This document shows, in pieces, positions 8,148-19,111 of a stretch of DNA of 28,943 nucleotides. The notes beneath the pieces are model-generated. The model worked only from the letters and a program-made list of their open reading frames with translations. It did no database searches and was not told where the DNA came from. Position 1 is the stretch's first letter; each line of letters begins with the position of its first letter. The position numbers were made by a program, and so were the translations under genes. The DNA lies in the IMG/VR virus record IMGVR_UViG_3300024329_000043, positions 1 to 28,943 of that record; one strand, 5' to 3'. Source of the DNA: a virus. Its lineage: Duplodnaviria; Caudoviricetes.

Positions 8148-9155
8148 TTACATGCTCCATATTTTTTCAGCTTCAGTTGATAGATCTTTAAGGATATCCT
8201 CGTGTAAAGGATTTTTTAAGAATTCAACTACATCTGAAACATTTCTACCTAATACAGTACCTGTTTTAGAATGGTAAATATGACCATCAGATTTAGTAAC
8301 TATATATTTAAAGAATACAGAATCTTTTACAATTGCTTTAATTTTTAATGTTTCCATATCCAAAGCTACAGCTTCTAAGAATCCTTTAGCAGCTCTTTCT
8401 TTGTTACCTTCAGTACCATTACCATTAATGTGTGTATCCATCATATCATATATGATGTCATTTGGTGTATTCTTTTTATATTGTACACTTGCTGTATCTA
8501 CGGCTTTTGCAATAAAGAATAGTTTAGTACTATTTTTATCATAAAGTTTTTGTAATTCAGCAAGAGCTTTATTTTTCAATTTTTTGTATTCAGTTTTAAT
8601 ACCTGCTGTTTGTTCAGCTTTATCTAAATAAAACTTTGGTGGTTTTACTTTTGATCTTGCATCTTCATAACTTTTTGCAACAATAGCAAATCCACCCGCT
8701 TCAATAGCAAGTAATTTAATTCTATCATAAGGATCTTCAGGGTTTAAAAAAACAGGATCATTTCCACATGATAATGTAATTTTATTCCAAAAATCTTTAT
8801 TGTTTGGTTGTAATAATTTAACTTTATTCCAGAAATCAGAATCTTCTGGATCAAGTATATTAGAAGCTAACTCTTTTTCAAGTTCTACTATATGGGTTCT
8901 GATTTGCTTTACTTTAGCGTTTCTCTCTTCTTCAGGTAATCTTTTTATTTCAGGAGCAAATTCATTCAATCCTGTAAGATACCTTACTACACCATTTTGT
9001 TCTAAACAAGCTAATTGCTCCATGTGAGTAACTCCGTCAAATAGAGAAATACCATAATTCTCAAGACCCATGTTTGATGCTGACCCATCAAAGTACGGTT
9101 TAATAGCTATTTTAGCTTTAGTCCCGCTTAATAATTGTGTTTGTGTTAATTCCAT
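8148..9155 (-). CDS. Conserved crAss-like protein encoded immediately after MCP
   Basis: 335 aa; LDPEDSDFWN..., FLNPEDPYD motifs; synteny. Confidence 0.5.
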   Translation of the reverse strand: MELTQTQLLSGTKAKIAIKPYFDGSASNMGLENYGISLFDGVTHMEQLACLEQNGVVRYLTGLNEFAPEIKRLPEEERNAKVKQIRTHIVELEKELASNILDPEDSDFWNKVKLLQPNNKDFWNKITLSCGNDPVFLNPEDPYDRIKLLAIEAGGFAIVAKSYEDARSKVKPPKFYLDKAEQTAGIKTEYKKLKNKALAELQKLYDKNSTKLFFIAKAVDTASVQYKKNTPNDIIYDMMDTHINGNGTEGNKERAAKGFLEAVALDMETLKIKAIVKDSVFFKYIVTKSDGHIYHSKTGTVLGRNVSDVVEFLKNPLHEDILKDLSTEAEKIWSM

Positions 9156-9192
9156 TTTTTGTTGGTTTTAAAAAATTTTATGTGAATTTAAG

Positions 9193-9224
9193 AAAAAAAG
9201 AGGAACTATAAAGCTCCTCTTTTT
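9193..9224 (-). terminator. Rho-independent terminator after MCP
   Basis: AAAAAGAGGA-GCTTTATAGT-TCCTCTTTTTTT on the minus strand. Confidence 0.8.
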
Positions 9225-9241
9225 ATTTTGTAAATATATAC

Positions 9242-10858
9242 TTAGAATGAACCTCCAGTAATTGGATTTCTCATTACAATTTTCAATACTTTAGTTGGAT
9301 CCTTAACCCAGATAGCAGGCATAGTTTGTGACATCATAACTCTGTATCCATTGAAGTTTCCAGAAGATGCAAAACCTTGTGATCTACCCATATAATCCAT
9401 AGTACCATTTTGGTAGAACCATTTTAATTGGTTATCCCAAGATAATTTTAACATATAGATATTGTCATTTACATTGTCTGTTACATCAAATATAACAAAA
9501 GAGTAAGATGATAAAGGGAAACCATCAACGATTGGGTTTTCAACATCATTTGTATGAACATTATCAAATGCAGGATTCAATACAAACTTAACATTTGCTA
9601 AGAAAGGAATTACATAAGATGTGTAAGAGAAACCAAAGTTCAAGTCCATTCCTTTACCAGTGATTGCACCGATATCAGAAGCTTGAATTAATAAACCTGA
9701 AGATACTGCTTCTTGTTTAATAGCTTCATTTACCATTTTCATTCCACCCATTCCAGTTTGAACAACTAAAGAACGTTTTGGGTCTGGCCCTTGGAATTCA
9801 ACTTTACCGTTGAAGAAGTTATATAATTCTCCTCTAAATAAATCTAAAGTGAAGTTATTTTTGTTATATACTCTTTTGAATGAGTTGTCTAACTGCTTCC
9901 ATAAACCTACTGATAATCTAATATCATCTGGCCCATCTTGCTTAACTTTACCACCATGACCCCACATAAGGTAAGTCTCAATATCTGTAGCAATCTTAGA
10001 AAGATGCGCAGCTTCAAGGTTAGTTAAGAAAGTTCTAGATAAATCACCATTATCAAAAGCTTTTTTCACTTTGTCTTTACCCATTGTCTTAACCATATCA
10101 TCTAAAGATGAAACAGAAGGATCAATGTTTTTATCAAAGTTTCTCCAGATCTCAGTAACAGGAACAGTTCCGTCAGCATTCATTCCACCTTTGATCATTA
10201 AATCAGCTCTAGAAGAAACTGAGTAATGAACGTGTGCTTCAGCTCCACCTACGTGATTGTAGAATTCACGGTATCCAGCACTAGTTGAGATATCAGAGAA
10301 TCTTTCTCCATACTCACCTCTTGCAGAACCTTTTCTGAAGAACTTAGTACCATTTGCTAAATAAGCAGATTCTAAATACTTGTAATTGTCGTTGTTTACT
10401 AATTGTACAGTATAGATAAATCCATCACCTACTGGTAAGATATCTTCTGCTGTAATAAAAAGCTCAACTCCATTGTATTTATCATAAGTAATCATGTCAC
10501 CATGACCAAACTCACGTTTGTTTAACTTAATCTTAAATGTTGTTCCGTCAATACCTTTAGAAGTATTAGCTGGTTCAATATCCTCAACAATATAAGGAAG
10601 ATCAATACTTAATGGTGTTTGCCATTTGTACTCTCCACGTGCATTATCAACATTGATTATATTTTTACCACCAAAGCTTGATAATTGATAAAGAGGCATC
10701 TCAACTTTTTGAGCCATAGCCCAAAGATCTACAGGACCCATGTCTGTAGGTTGAGAGTCTTTCAACATATTTTGCAAATGGTAAGAATCAATGTGTGATG
10801 TAGCATTATATGCTGTATCACGCAAAAAGATACCGTTGTTTAAAACTGGTGTACTCAT
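9242..10858 (-). CDS. Major capsid protein (crAss-like)
   Basis: 538 aa; follows portal and an acidic scaffold-like gene; YLMWGHGG...VGLWKQL, VQTGMGGM, FVLNPAFD motifs; followed by a terminator. Confidence 0.85.
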   Translation of the reverse strand: MSTPVLNNGIFLRDTAYNATSHIDSYHLQNMLKDSQPTDMGPVDLWAMAQKVEMPLYQLSSFGGKNIINVDNARGEYKWQTPLSIDLPYIVEDIEPANTSKGIDGTTFKIKLNKREFGHGDMITYDKYNGVELFITAEDILPVGDGFIYTVQLVNNDNYKYLESAYLANGTKFFRKGSARGEYGERFSDISTSAGYREFYNHVGGAEAHVHYSVSSRADLMIKGGMNADGTVPVTEIWRNFDKNIDPSVSSLDDMVKTMGKDKVKKAFDNGDLSRTFLTNLEAAHLSKIATDIETYLMWGHGGKVKQDGPDDIRLSVGLWKQLDNSFKRVYNKNNFTLDLFRGELYNFFNGKVEFQGPDPKRSLVVQTGMGGMKMVNEAIKQEAVSSGLLIQASDIGAITGKGMDLNFGFSYTSYVIPFLANVKFVLNPAFDNVHTNDVENPIVDGFPLSSYSFVIFDVTDNVNDNIYMLKLSWDNQLKWFYQNGTMDYMGRSQGFASSGNFNGYRVMMSQTMPAIWVKDPTKVLKIVMRNPITGGSF

Positions 10859-10885
10859 TTTTGTTTTATTTATTTAACTATTCAA

Positions 10886-12154
10886 TTATCTATTAAATAT
10901 ATTTCTAGAATTTCTAGAAACAGTTCTAGTAGGTTTACTTACAGGTGCTCTATTATTAGAAGACTCCTGTTGTGAAGAAGATGTAATCTTTCTACCCTCT
11001 TCAGTTTTCAACATTCTTACTGTTTTTTCAGTAACTTCTTGACTACCTTTTGCACGAATTTTACCTTTATACCCATCTGGATCTGACAATAACCATAAAG
11101 CCTCTGCAATAAGATCATGTCTCGGTTCAGTAAACTGATACTTCTCTAAAAGATGTCCAAGCAAATTGGTATTCTTTCCTGATATTGAAGGATAGTTTGG
11201 CTGAACTAATCCAGAGTATAACATACTCTGTGTTTTTTTGTCAAGTTTAACCCCATCTAATTCCCCAGTTACAAGTGTATTATATACATTATCTGTATAT
11301 TTTTTAGCAGCTTCTTGTTGTTTAACTTTAGATTCTTCTTGTTTAGCAAGTTTTTGCTGAACAATTGATTCTTGCATTTTATCTAACTTAGGTTTAAATT
11401 GATTAGCTTTTTGCTCTAACCTATCTAAATCAGCCCAATCTTCAATTTCAGCTTCTATTTCTTCCGCTGTACCAAAATTAGTTGCATACAAATATTGCCT
11501 TGCTATCTCAGCTTGATGATCTGTATTTGCAGGATCTAAATCCATAACTTCTTCCACTTGAGCTAAAGTTTTAAATAGTCCTTTTAAATCTTGACCACCA
11601 TCTGCTACATATTTTGCAGCTGCTTGTAATTCATTTGGTAATGCATCAAAGAACTCTTTAGGAACATTAGCCTTAATATTAGCTTCTCTTTCCTGAAAGT
11701 TAGCTTCAAACAATTCTCTAAAATCCTTAGTAGTGTATTCTTCTAATGGTTTATCATCATCAAAAGCAAACAAAGAACCTTCTTCAATCATCTTTGTTGC
11801 TAAATCATGTAAAGCATCTTTATTTACTTTAGATCTACCTTTAGTTTTAGAACCTTCTTCTTGCTCTGTAATAAGAGTGTCTAACTCATCTATTACTTCA
11901 GATGTGTTAACACTATCTTTAGCTTCATCAAGCTCCTCATTTGTTTTAACACTTTCTTTACTTCTACCATCAAGAAAATCTAACTCAGTTTCTTGTTTTG
12001 TAAAAACGTTTTTAGGTTTTTCATTTTCACCTTCTTTTTCAGGTAATAATACGCTTTCAGCTCCTGGTGATCCAAATAAACTGTCTAAATCAATGTCAAC
12101 CTGATCAACCGTTGTTGTATCAGCTCCTTTTTTTTCTATTTCATCCTTATGCAT
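10886..12154 (-). CDS. Acidic, coiled-coil scaffold-like protein between portal and MCP
   Basis: 422 aa; D/E-rich disordered N-terminus, helical core, basic tail; conserved position in crAss-like head modules. Confidence 0.6.
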   Translation of the reverse strand: MHKDEIEKKGADTTTVDQVDIDLDSLFGSPGAESVLLPEKEGENEKPKNVFTKQETELDFLDGRSKESVKTNEELDEAKDSVNTSEVIDELDTLITEQEEGSKTKGRSKVNKDALHDLATKMIEEGSLFAFDDDKPLEEYTTKDFRELFEANFQEREANIKANVPKEFFDALPNELQAAAKYVADGGQDLKGLFKTLAQVEEVMDLDPANTDHQAEIARQYLYATNFGTAEEIEAEIEDWADLDRLEQKANQFKPKLDKMQESIVQQKLAKQEESKVKQQEAAKKYTDNVYNTLVTGELDGVKLDKKTQSMLYSGLVQPNYPSISGKNTNLLGHLLEKYQFTEPRHDLIAEALWLLSDPDGYKGKIRAKGSQEVTEKTVRMLKTEEGRKITSSSQQESSNNRAPVSKPTRTVSRNSRNIFNR

Positions 12155-12268
12155 AATGTTGGTTTTTATGTGTGACTTATTATTAATATATAAAATTGAT
12201 TGTAAATAAACTTCAAAAATTTAAAAAAATATAATTATTAAGATGTAATTTCTGCACTATATGGCTAA

Positions 12269-15016
12269 CTATTTACTATCTTTCTTTGGTTGTTTTACAT
12301 CATACTTGTTTTTGTTAGTTCTAGCTATTTGTAACTGTTTGTCAGCTATCTCTTTTTGAGCATTAATTTTTTCTCTTTCAATATTGTTTTTATCTTGATG
12401 CATTCTCAATTTGTTATTTTCTTTCTCTCTCTCAAGTTGGTTTTGAGATTGATATTGTTCACCTTGACGTATATCTTTCATTGCATCTTGATAATCGGAA
12501 ATCTGATTATTATTAACATCTTGTCCAGAACCATAACCTGCAGCTCTTATTTCAGCAACTAAAATATCACGCTGTCTATTTTTCTCATCACGAATATCTT
12601 CATGATTTCTTTTAAGTTTTTCTTCTTCAGCTTTTGCAGCAATAGCTTCTTGTTGCATTTGCTGCTGTTGTTGCATTTCTGCTTGTTTAGACTGTTGTAT
12701 TTTTTGTTCTGAATCTTTAAGACTAGAATTTAAGTCTGCAATACTATCTGATTGTATAATTTTACCAAGATCATAAACAGATGCACCAGTTGTGTTATTA
12801 TTAACAGCAAGTTGTTTCATTTGCTCAAGTACAGATCTATAGTTAGCTTTAGTTGTAACATAAATATTAAGATCTCTTAACAACAAGTCTGTACCATTTA
12901 ATTGAAAATTAACTTTTTCTTCAGCAGAAGTCATATACTGTAAACGCATACTCGGTTTAGTTGAATGATAATACTGAGCTAAATCTGTTCTCATTTGATG
13001 AACTCTAGGCATTAAATAATCACAATGCTGTATGAAATAAGTTTCTGTTTGAGCATATGATGAATTAACAGCTTGCTCTACACCTGTTGCAGTTTCCTGT
13101 GATATTTGTTGACCCATTCGTTGAGGGGAAACACCTACTACTTCATATGCTTGTTGTTTAAAATAGTTACCTAGTTGAATTCTTGACATTAATCTATTAG
13201 TTTGTTCAAGATCAAGTTTTTGAAAATGGTTGAAATTTAAAGCATTTTCTGTGTTGGCAATACTTGTATCTAAAGGAAGCATTCCAAAGTTTTTCATTGC
13301 AACGTATGCTTTAGATAAATTTCCTTTACCCCAGTCTTCACCTAATGAATGTCTTGGTAATGTGTTTTGATCTAACATAATAATTGTACCCAACTCATCA
13401 ACTAAAATATCAGCTATCTGATTATTTACAATATTAAAACCTATTTGAAAAGGTTTCATTAAATCAACAAGAGCTGTAGATTTTGTATTTCTATCAGAAA
13501 ATATAGCCCCTTCTACAGGAAGTTTACAACCATACAATGAATTATCTCCTTTAAATTGGAACTTAAGTGGACCAACTTCTTTACTGTCAATTCCAATATA
13601 TATTGGGTTAAAACCACCTGGAGAATTCATTCCACAATATGAAGGCATGTTAGGACCTATTTTAATACCTCCCCAAACTTCATTTATCCAAATCCAACTT
13701 ATATGTTCACCAGCAACTAAGTTTTCAGATGTTCTGTTTTTAAACAACCTTGTATCATATACAGGATTGTCTGTAACTTTATAGTCTTCCGTTACAATAT
13801 CAGTGATTACTTCTCCGTTGTCTTTTATCTTTGTTAGGTGTCCAAGTTTTCTTTGTGATTTCCAATAAACAGTACTTACTCTTAATAAGTTATTATGATT
13901 TTTAGTATTATAGTCTTCACCTTGACTTAGTATTTGACTTATAACATCATTAGGATCACTAACAGAATTTTGCATTGATGTGTATTGTCTCATTGCTAAA
14001 GAAGGACCTGTAGTATTCCACTCATGTGATTTAGTACTATCATAAAATGATCCATCATTTTGTTGACCACCAATATTAAAACCTGCAGCTTTTATAGGAT
14101 AAATTGCTTCCAACGACTCAAGTTGATCTTCAGTCATTAAATAACCATACTTATCAATGATATCTGCAACACTAAACATATCTGTTTTACCAACATAATT
14201 AGATTGAGATATATAACGAGCATCTGGGGATTTATGATAAAATGTAAGTAGAGGATTCCATAATTCTACTTCATAATCATCTTCCATCATTCTTAGATGC
14301 CAGAATTCTCTATCAGTAATAAGCATATCTTTAAAGCCTCTTTCTTCAAGTTCATCCATTTTGAATCTTTCAACATCCACTTCATGTTGGTGAGATGCCC
14401 ATTGTTCTACAGTAGATCTATAATCTTTTTTGAAGAATGATTCAATCTCAGGAAGTGTTTTAATTTTTTCAGGATTTAACTCAGCTTTGAATTCCTCATC
14501 TTCTGGATCAAGACCTTGTTCAACTAAAGAACCCATGATTTTCATTTGAGCATCTTGAACTAAAGTATCCTCAATCATTTGTCTTTTTTTCTCAAGCATT
14601 TCATTGTATGAAAATTCATCAACAGTTTTGTAAGTCATTTTACTTGACCTTTTTGCAAACTCTGATGTCAATACATTTACCACATTTGGTATTATTGGGT
14701 AAAATTTTAATTCTAATGCTGATTCATCTTCAGCTGTAAGTAAATCAATCACATCTGCATATTCTTGATCTTCCTCAACAATATAATCTGATTTATCAAT
14801 TACACCTTTTGCTAGTTTATAATTTTTCTGAAGTCTGCGTGCATTATGAGACAGTTGTTTTAAACCATTCCACTCTAACCAATCTATATTCCATGCAGCC
14901 CATTCCTGGTCTTTATCTTTTTTAGAGATAAACTGTAATGGTTGAGTAATTGAACCAACTCTATTTTCTTTAGTTTTAGCTCCATTCTTCATTTGTAAAG
15001 CATTCAATACTTGCAT
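12269..15016 (-). CDS. Portal protein
   Basis: 915 aa directly after terminase; LKFYPIIPNVVNVL, ALVDLMKPFQ, GVSPQRMGQ...TATGVEQAV motifs; Q-rich C-terminal coiled coil. Confidence 0.85.
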   Translation of the reverse strand: MQVLNALQMKNGAKTKENRVGSITQPLQFISKKDKDQEWAAWNIDWLEWNGLKQLSHNARRLQKNYKLAKGVIDKSDYIVEEDQEYADVIDLLTAEDESALELKFYPIIPNVVNVLTSEFAKRSSKMTYKTVDEFSYNEMLEKKRQMIEDTLVQDAQMKIMGSLVEQGLDPEDEEFKAELNPEKIKTLPEIESFFKKDYRSTVEQWASHQHEVDVERFKMDELEERGFKDMLITDREFWHLRMMEDDYEVELWNPLLTFYHKSPDARYISQSNYVGKTDMFSVADIIDKYGYLMTEDQLESLEAIYPIKAAGFNIGGQQNDGSFYDSTKSHEWNTTGPSLAMRQYTSMQNSVSDPNDVISQILSQGEDYNTKNHNNLLRVSTVYWKSQRKLGHLTKIKDNGEVITDIVTEDYKVTDNPVYDTRLFKNRTSENLVAGEHISWIWINEVWGGIKIGPNMPSYCGMNSPGGFNPIYIGIDSKEVGPLKFQFKGDNSLYGCKLPVEGAIFSDRNTKSTALVDLMKPFQIGFNIVNNQIADILVDELGTIIMLDQNTLPRHSLGEDWGKGNLSKAYVAMKNFGMLPLDTSIANTENALNFNHFQKLDLEQTNRLMSRIQLGNYFKQQAYEVVGVSPQRMGQQISQETATGVEQAVNSSYAQTETYFIQHCDYLMPRVHQMRTDLAQYYHSTKPSMRLQYMTSAEEKVNFQLNGTDLLLRDLNIYVTTKANYRSVLEQMKQLAVNNNTTGASVYDLGKIIQSDSIADLNSSLKDSEQKIQQSKQAEMQQQQQMQQEAIAAKAEEEKLKRNHEDIRDEKNRQRDILVAEIRAAGYGSGQDVNNNQISDYQDAMKDIRQGEQYQSQNQLEREKENNKLRMHQDKNNIEREKINAQKEIADKQLQIARTNKNKYDVKQPKKDSK

Positions 15017-15021
15017 AAATT

Positions 15022-17235
15022 TTATTTTAAATTTTTAAATGCTGATCTCTTCATTCCTTGTTTATTAAGACCTTTGGCACTACCCATATGTTTAAATGGA
15101 CTCTTATTTAATTTATATAAATTTTCAGACTTTTGCAAGTTTTTACTTGCTTCGTCATGTACCACTCTTTTCTGATAACCTATGTTTGCTTCCAATATTT
15201 TCAAGAAAGAAACTAAAGCAGAAAAAGCCACCAACCTATCCACATTTAAACCATCTACATAAGCTTGCATTTCTTTTAGTAACATTGGATCAGGTATTCT
15301 TTCAATACCATATCTGATCTTAACAACTGTACCATCCTCTTTTGTAATTGTATCAAGCTCATCTCTAAGAAATTCAATTGCATAACTGATCATGTGATTT
15401 TTAAACAATGTACCTGTATTTCTCCAACCATATTCTTGATGTACACTTGCATTTGCACCTAAGTCTTTTAAGAAAAGAATGTCAGTTCTTGGTACAAGAT
15501 AGCGTTGCTTCTTCTTAAAGATCATATAATTAATAAACTGAGATATATTGTTTTCAACAACAGTTCTTGCATTGTACCATTCAATTATTAATTCAAGCCT
15601 TTCATGTGTTTTGTTTATATCATCAAATCTACCACACCAAGCGGCAACAATTTTACTTTCTTCAACATGTGTTTTAGCTTCTCCAACAGTTACTTTAGTA
15701 ACCTCAATAGGCGCTTTCATAACATAAATTGAACATAGTGAATCAGAAGTTGTAGTCTTTCCCTCCGCAACCGGGTCAATACTAGCATAGTACATTCCAA
15801 AGCTAGGATCAGGAACTGGTTTTTCCCAGACAACTAGACAACCAGTTTTATCTTCAGTTTTCTTTGATATCGGAAACTCCCTTATTGGTAACTTATTAGA
15901 TTCTTTAGCTATTAATTTTCCACTGGCATCTCTAGACAATTCAAGTAGTTGGTAAGGATATAGTTTATCTTCAACTCTTTTTAATTGTGCATTTACAAGA
16001 TGTGCTGGAAACTTAGATTCTTTTCTAAAAGCAAAAGCTTCTTCTATATTTCTTGGATGCTGAGATATCTCAAGTTGATAATCAGCGGGTTCCATTTCTT
16101 TTTTAATCTTCTCAAAATATTCATTTAAAGCTTCTAAAGCTTTATTTACAAGTGAATTACCATACTTATCTATATGTGGAGGCATTGACCATTGTTCAGG
16201 TATAAATAGACCAGTTTTACCTAATGTATTTTTTTTATCAAGTAAGTCAGTTTCAACTGCATATATTTGATTCGATTCAGGATTAAGAAGCATATTTTTT
16301 AAAGGAACACATTGATCAAGATCACCTACTGAGCCTGCCGCTATAAATAATCCGGTTGTAATCATCCCAGACTTTAATGCTGGTTTAATATACCCAAAAG
16401 TAACATCCATTTTAGGAGCAATACCTGCTTCCTCATGGAAGAAGTATTTTACAGGACCCCCAACACCATTTGTTGGATCTTTTTCAAAAGACATTCCTTG
16501 AATAGTACCTTTAAGACCTTTTTCTAATTTTCTATTATCTTGCCTGGTTTCAATCTTTTGTTGCCACATCATAACCTTATTAGGATTCATAGGTCTATAC
16601 CAAGCTGTATGCTCATTTAAAAAAGAAGCATACTCATCTAAAAATTTCCAGGTTCCTTTCTCATTGATATAATCTTTAAGGCTAGCACCCATCTTTAAAG
16701 TAACACCTTTTTCAAACCATACTTGATTTATAAGTTTTGCTGCGTGAAAATATGAAGAAGCAATTTGTCTTTTTTTTAATATTACAGCATGTTCATAATT
16801 TAATTCTGCAAGCAATTCATACAAAGCCATATGATATTGTGCATCTCTTATTTTTGCAAACCCGAAATCTTGTTCTTCTTTGTCAAAAATAGGAAGGTAA
16901 TTCAACCACATATAATAATCTCTAGTTAAAAACCAATGATTATCACCTTCAATTATTAAGTAACCTTTTCTACACTTTTCTTTATTACTATCCCAATAGT
17001 GAATAAAGTCTTTTGACTTAAAAGGTGCAGTACAGTAAACTTTATTCTTATTAAAGTTTTGAGCTTCCGCATTAAAAAGCTTATTTGTAGTTTCATTAAA
17101 ACCATATTCACCAGGGATTTTAAAAACCTTTTCAAAAATGTAATCATAAAACTCCTCTCTAGTATCAAAACTAGTAGTTATTTCTACACCATCTTTCCAT
17201 GTAGGTATCTCTGAATAATTTATTCCTCCTGCCAT
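15022..17235 (-). CDS. terL: Terminase large subunit
   Basis: 737 aa; Walker A-like LKKRQIASSY, Walker B FFHEEAG, RNase H-like nuclease YYASIDP...DSLCS, VVENN, NVDR. Confidence 0.9.
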   Translation of the reverse strand: MAGGINYSEIPTWKDGVEITTSFDTREEFYDYIFEKVFKIPGEYGFNETTNKLFNAEAQNFNKNKVYCTAPFKSKDFIHYWDSNKEKCRKGYLIIEGDNHWFLTRDYYMWLNYLPIFDKEEQDFGFAKIRDAQYHMALYELLAELNYEHAVILKKRQIASSYFHAAKLINQVWFEKGVTLKMGASLKDYINEKGTWKFLDEYASFLNEHTAWYRPMNPNKVMMWQQKIETRQDNRKLEKGLKGTIQGMSFEKDPTNGVGGPVKYFFHEEAGIAPKMDVTFGYIKPALKSGMITTGLFIAAGSVGDLDQCVPLKNMLLNPESNQIYAVETDLLDKKNTLGKTGLFIPEQWSMPPHIDKYGNSLVNKALEALNEYFEKIKKEMEPADYQLEISQHPRNIEEAFAFRKESKFPAHLVNAQLKRVEDKLYPYQLLELSRDASGKLIAKESNKLPIREFPISKKTEDKTGCLVVWEKPVPDPSFGMYYASIDPVAEGKTTTSDSLCSIYVMKAPIEVTKVTVGEAKTHVEESKIVAAWCGRFDDINKTHERLELIIEWYNARTVVENNISQFINYMIFKKKQRYLVPRTDILFLKDLGANASVHQEYGWRNTGTLFKNHMISYAIEFLRDELDTITKEDGTVVKIRYGIERIPDPMLLKEMQAYVDGLNVDRLVAFSALVSFLKILEANIGYQKRVVHDEASKNLQKSENLYKLNKSPFKHMGSAKGLNKQGMKRSAFKNLK

Positions 17236-17237
17236 AA

Positions 17238-17753
17238 TTATTGATCATAAGCCATTCCAATACCGCCACGTACTTTACTTTCTTGCTCATCTTTTAAGTC
17301 TTTATAAACTCCTTTAAAAGATTGTCTTATTGCATCAAAATCTTTTGCCATAGCACGTATTTGATTAATATTACCATCTTTACCATCAGTGATCTGAGTA
17401 GTGGATAAATATCTACCCATTCTATCAAGAGCTATTTTAATACCGTTATAAGCTCTAGAAGTTGGTGTTTCATAAAGATCTTCACAAAACTTTAAAGCAT
17501 TTCTTATTAAGTCATCTTCTGTGCTAAAAGGTGCTTCTATCTCTTCAAGAATTAAATCCTCCTTATCCATCAAAGGTGTATGAAAAAAAGGATTTAAATC
17601 AGGATTAGGACAAGTCATATAAAATAAGTACTGATAGATTTTTAAATAATCTTCAGAATATTTATCCATAATGCTTTTCAAAGTTTTTAGTGTATAACAA
17701 TGTTCACTAGGAATCACAGCTCCATTTTTTATATCAAAAAGTTTTATAATCAT
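17238..17753 (-). CDS. Hypothetical helical protein, candidate terminase small subunit
   Basis: 171 aa immediately upstream of terL; C-terminal coiled coil ending KVRGG; function inferred from position only. Confidence 0.4.
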   Translation of the reverse strand: MIIKLFDIKNGAVIPSEHCYTLKTLKSIMDKYSEDYLKIYQYLFYMTCPNPDLNPFFHTPLMDKEDLILEEIEAPFSTEDDLIRNALKFCEDLYETPTSRAYNGIKIALDRMGRYLSTTQITDGKDGNINQIRAMAKDFDAIRQSFKGVYKDLKDEQESKVRGGIGMAYDQ

Positions 17754-18562
17754 GCTTGTAGACTTTTAATAATTGAGATAACTTCATCCTTTAAATAAGG
17801 AATCTCCATAGGTGTTACAGAAGTTACTACCGGATCACCATTTACATCATATTTATTTATAGGATAACCATATTTATCTTCACCTTCAGTTTCAAATTCT
17901 ATATGGTGAATAAGCATTTTTCCTGGTTTTAATCTATGATTATGCTTAATCATAATATACATATAAATACTCAATTGTAAAGAATAGTGATTAAAATTAC
18001 AATCATCTAAATGACCAATAGGGGCTAACATTTTTTTAGAAATACCTTCCCAGTCTTTATATGATTCTTTTTCAATTTTCTTATTTGTCTTGTAATCAAT
18101 AATATTTATATAACCATTAACTACTTCAATTAAATCACCCTGACCACAGATACCTGCAGATTTTAAATAAACCAAATGTTCAGGATAAACACCATCTGTT
18201 AGCTTTTGTGAAGGTGCATATTTTAAACCATCTTTTTCAGGCAATGGTACTATTACAGGAATGGTTGTTCCTTCAATATCCATTGAAGCAAAACTACATA
18301 TGTCAGCTTCTCTTTGGTTATGATAGTATGTACCCACAGTAGTAGCTCTAAGAGCTTCATTTTCCCAAATGGTTATAATCTCTTCAGGTGTCATTCCGTA
18401 CCACTTAGAACTTTTCTTTTTTGATACAGATGTAGCAATCTTTTTTTGCTCAAAAGGTAACTTAAACTTTGAAATAAGTGTTGTTACACTTGTCCATTTT
18501 ATATTGTCATTAGGGTCAATATTATTATATGAATGATCCTTTGCATTAAATACTATACTCAT
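17750..18562 (-). CDS. PD-(D/E)XK family nuclease
   Basis: SVTT...GTYYH...EHLVY...GQGDLI...IIDYKTN...YSLQLSIY motif series. Confidence 0.85.
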   Translation of the reverse strand: MSIVFNAKDHSYNNIDPNDNIKWTSVTTLISKFKLPFEQKKIATSVSKKKSSKWYGMTPEEIITIWENEALRATTVGTYYHNQREADICSFASMDIEGTTIPVIVPLPEKDGLKYAPSQKLTDGVYPEHLVYLKSAGICGQGDLIEVVNGYINIIDYKTNKKIEKESYKDWEGISKKMLAPIGHLDDCNFNHYSLQLSIYMYIMIKHNHRLKPGKMLIHHIEFETEGEDKYGYPINKYDVNGDPVVTSVTPMEIPYLKDEVISIIKSLQA

Positions 18563-18563
18563 T

Positions 18564-18791
18564 TTAACCTTTTTTAATTTTAATTATTTCCATTGCAATA
18601 CTAAAGTTACCTTTATCAGAAGACTTAATCATATCCTGAAGAGTTGTGTATTCATTATCATTAACTTTATTAGAATCATATAACCATTCTAATAAAGATA
18701 AAGTATTACGTATTTGTAAGTCTCTTAATATATGATCCTTTGAAAGTTCATCTGATGATTCTATACCTAAATCTGAAATGTCTGACCACAT
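18564..18791 (-). CDS. Hypothetical protein
   Basis: 75 aa, tiles the operon with 1-5 nt gaps. Confidence 0.6.
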   Translation of the reverse strand: MWSDISDLGIESSDELSKDHILRDLQIRNTLSLLEWLYDSNKVNDNEYTTLQDMIKSSDKGNFSIAMEIIKIKKG

Positions 18792-18796
18792 TATTT

Positions 18797-19111
18797 CTAA
18801 TCTTCTAAAGCATTCAACTTATCCTCATCTTCTTCTGAAATATGAGAACCCCATCTTAAGTCTGGACATTCAGATGATAGCGATCTTAACTTAAACTTTA
18901 AAGAGCACCCACACAAATTACAACAAGGTGCAGTACCTTTAACTAAACACGAATCACCTTCAATATCTTTTCTAGGACAAGCGTTGCATATTTTACTTCT
19001 TTCTTCAGCAACCTTTTCTACAAACTTATCACGTAATATGGTATTAGTAATACCTTCCATTATAAGTTTTCTATTTTTCCAGATCTTTTTTACTTTATTC
19101 TCCTCCTTCAT
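18797..19111 (-). CDS. Small Zn-binding protein
   Basis: ERxxICxxCP...C...CCxxCGC...K.R...CP...W pattern. Confidence 0.7.
   Translation of the reverse strand: MKEENKVKKIWKNRKLIMEGITNTILRDKFVEKVAEERSKICNACPRKDIEGDSCLVKGTAPCCNLCGCSLKFKLRSLSSECPDLRWGSHISEEDEDKLNALED

Noticed and set aside
12155-12268. ncRNA or tRNA in the 114-bp portal-scaffold gap
   Set aside because: No cloverleaf or stable stem visible; explained adequately as a promoter/leader region
15022-17235. Intein or intron in the terminase
   Set aside because: Single ORF with ordinary motif spacing; no intein splice-junction or homing endonuclease motifs seen
17750-18562. Cas4 / CRISPR system
   Set aside because: PD-(D/E)XK fold without the Cas4 four-Cys cluster pattern; no repeat-spacer array or other cas genes
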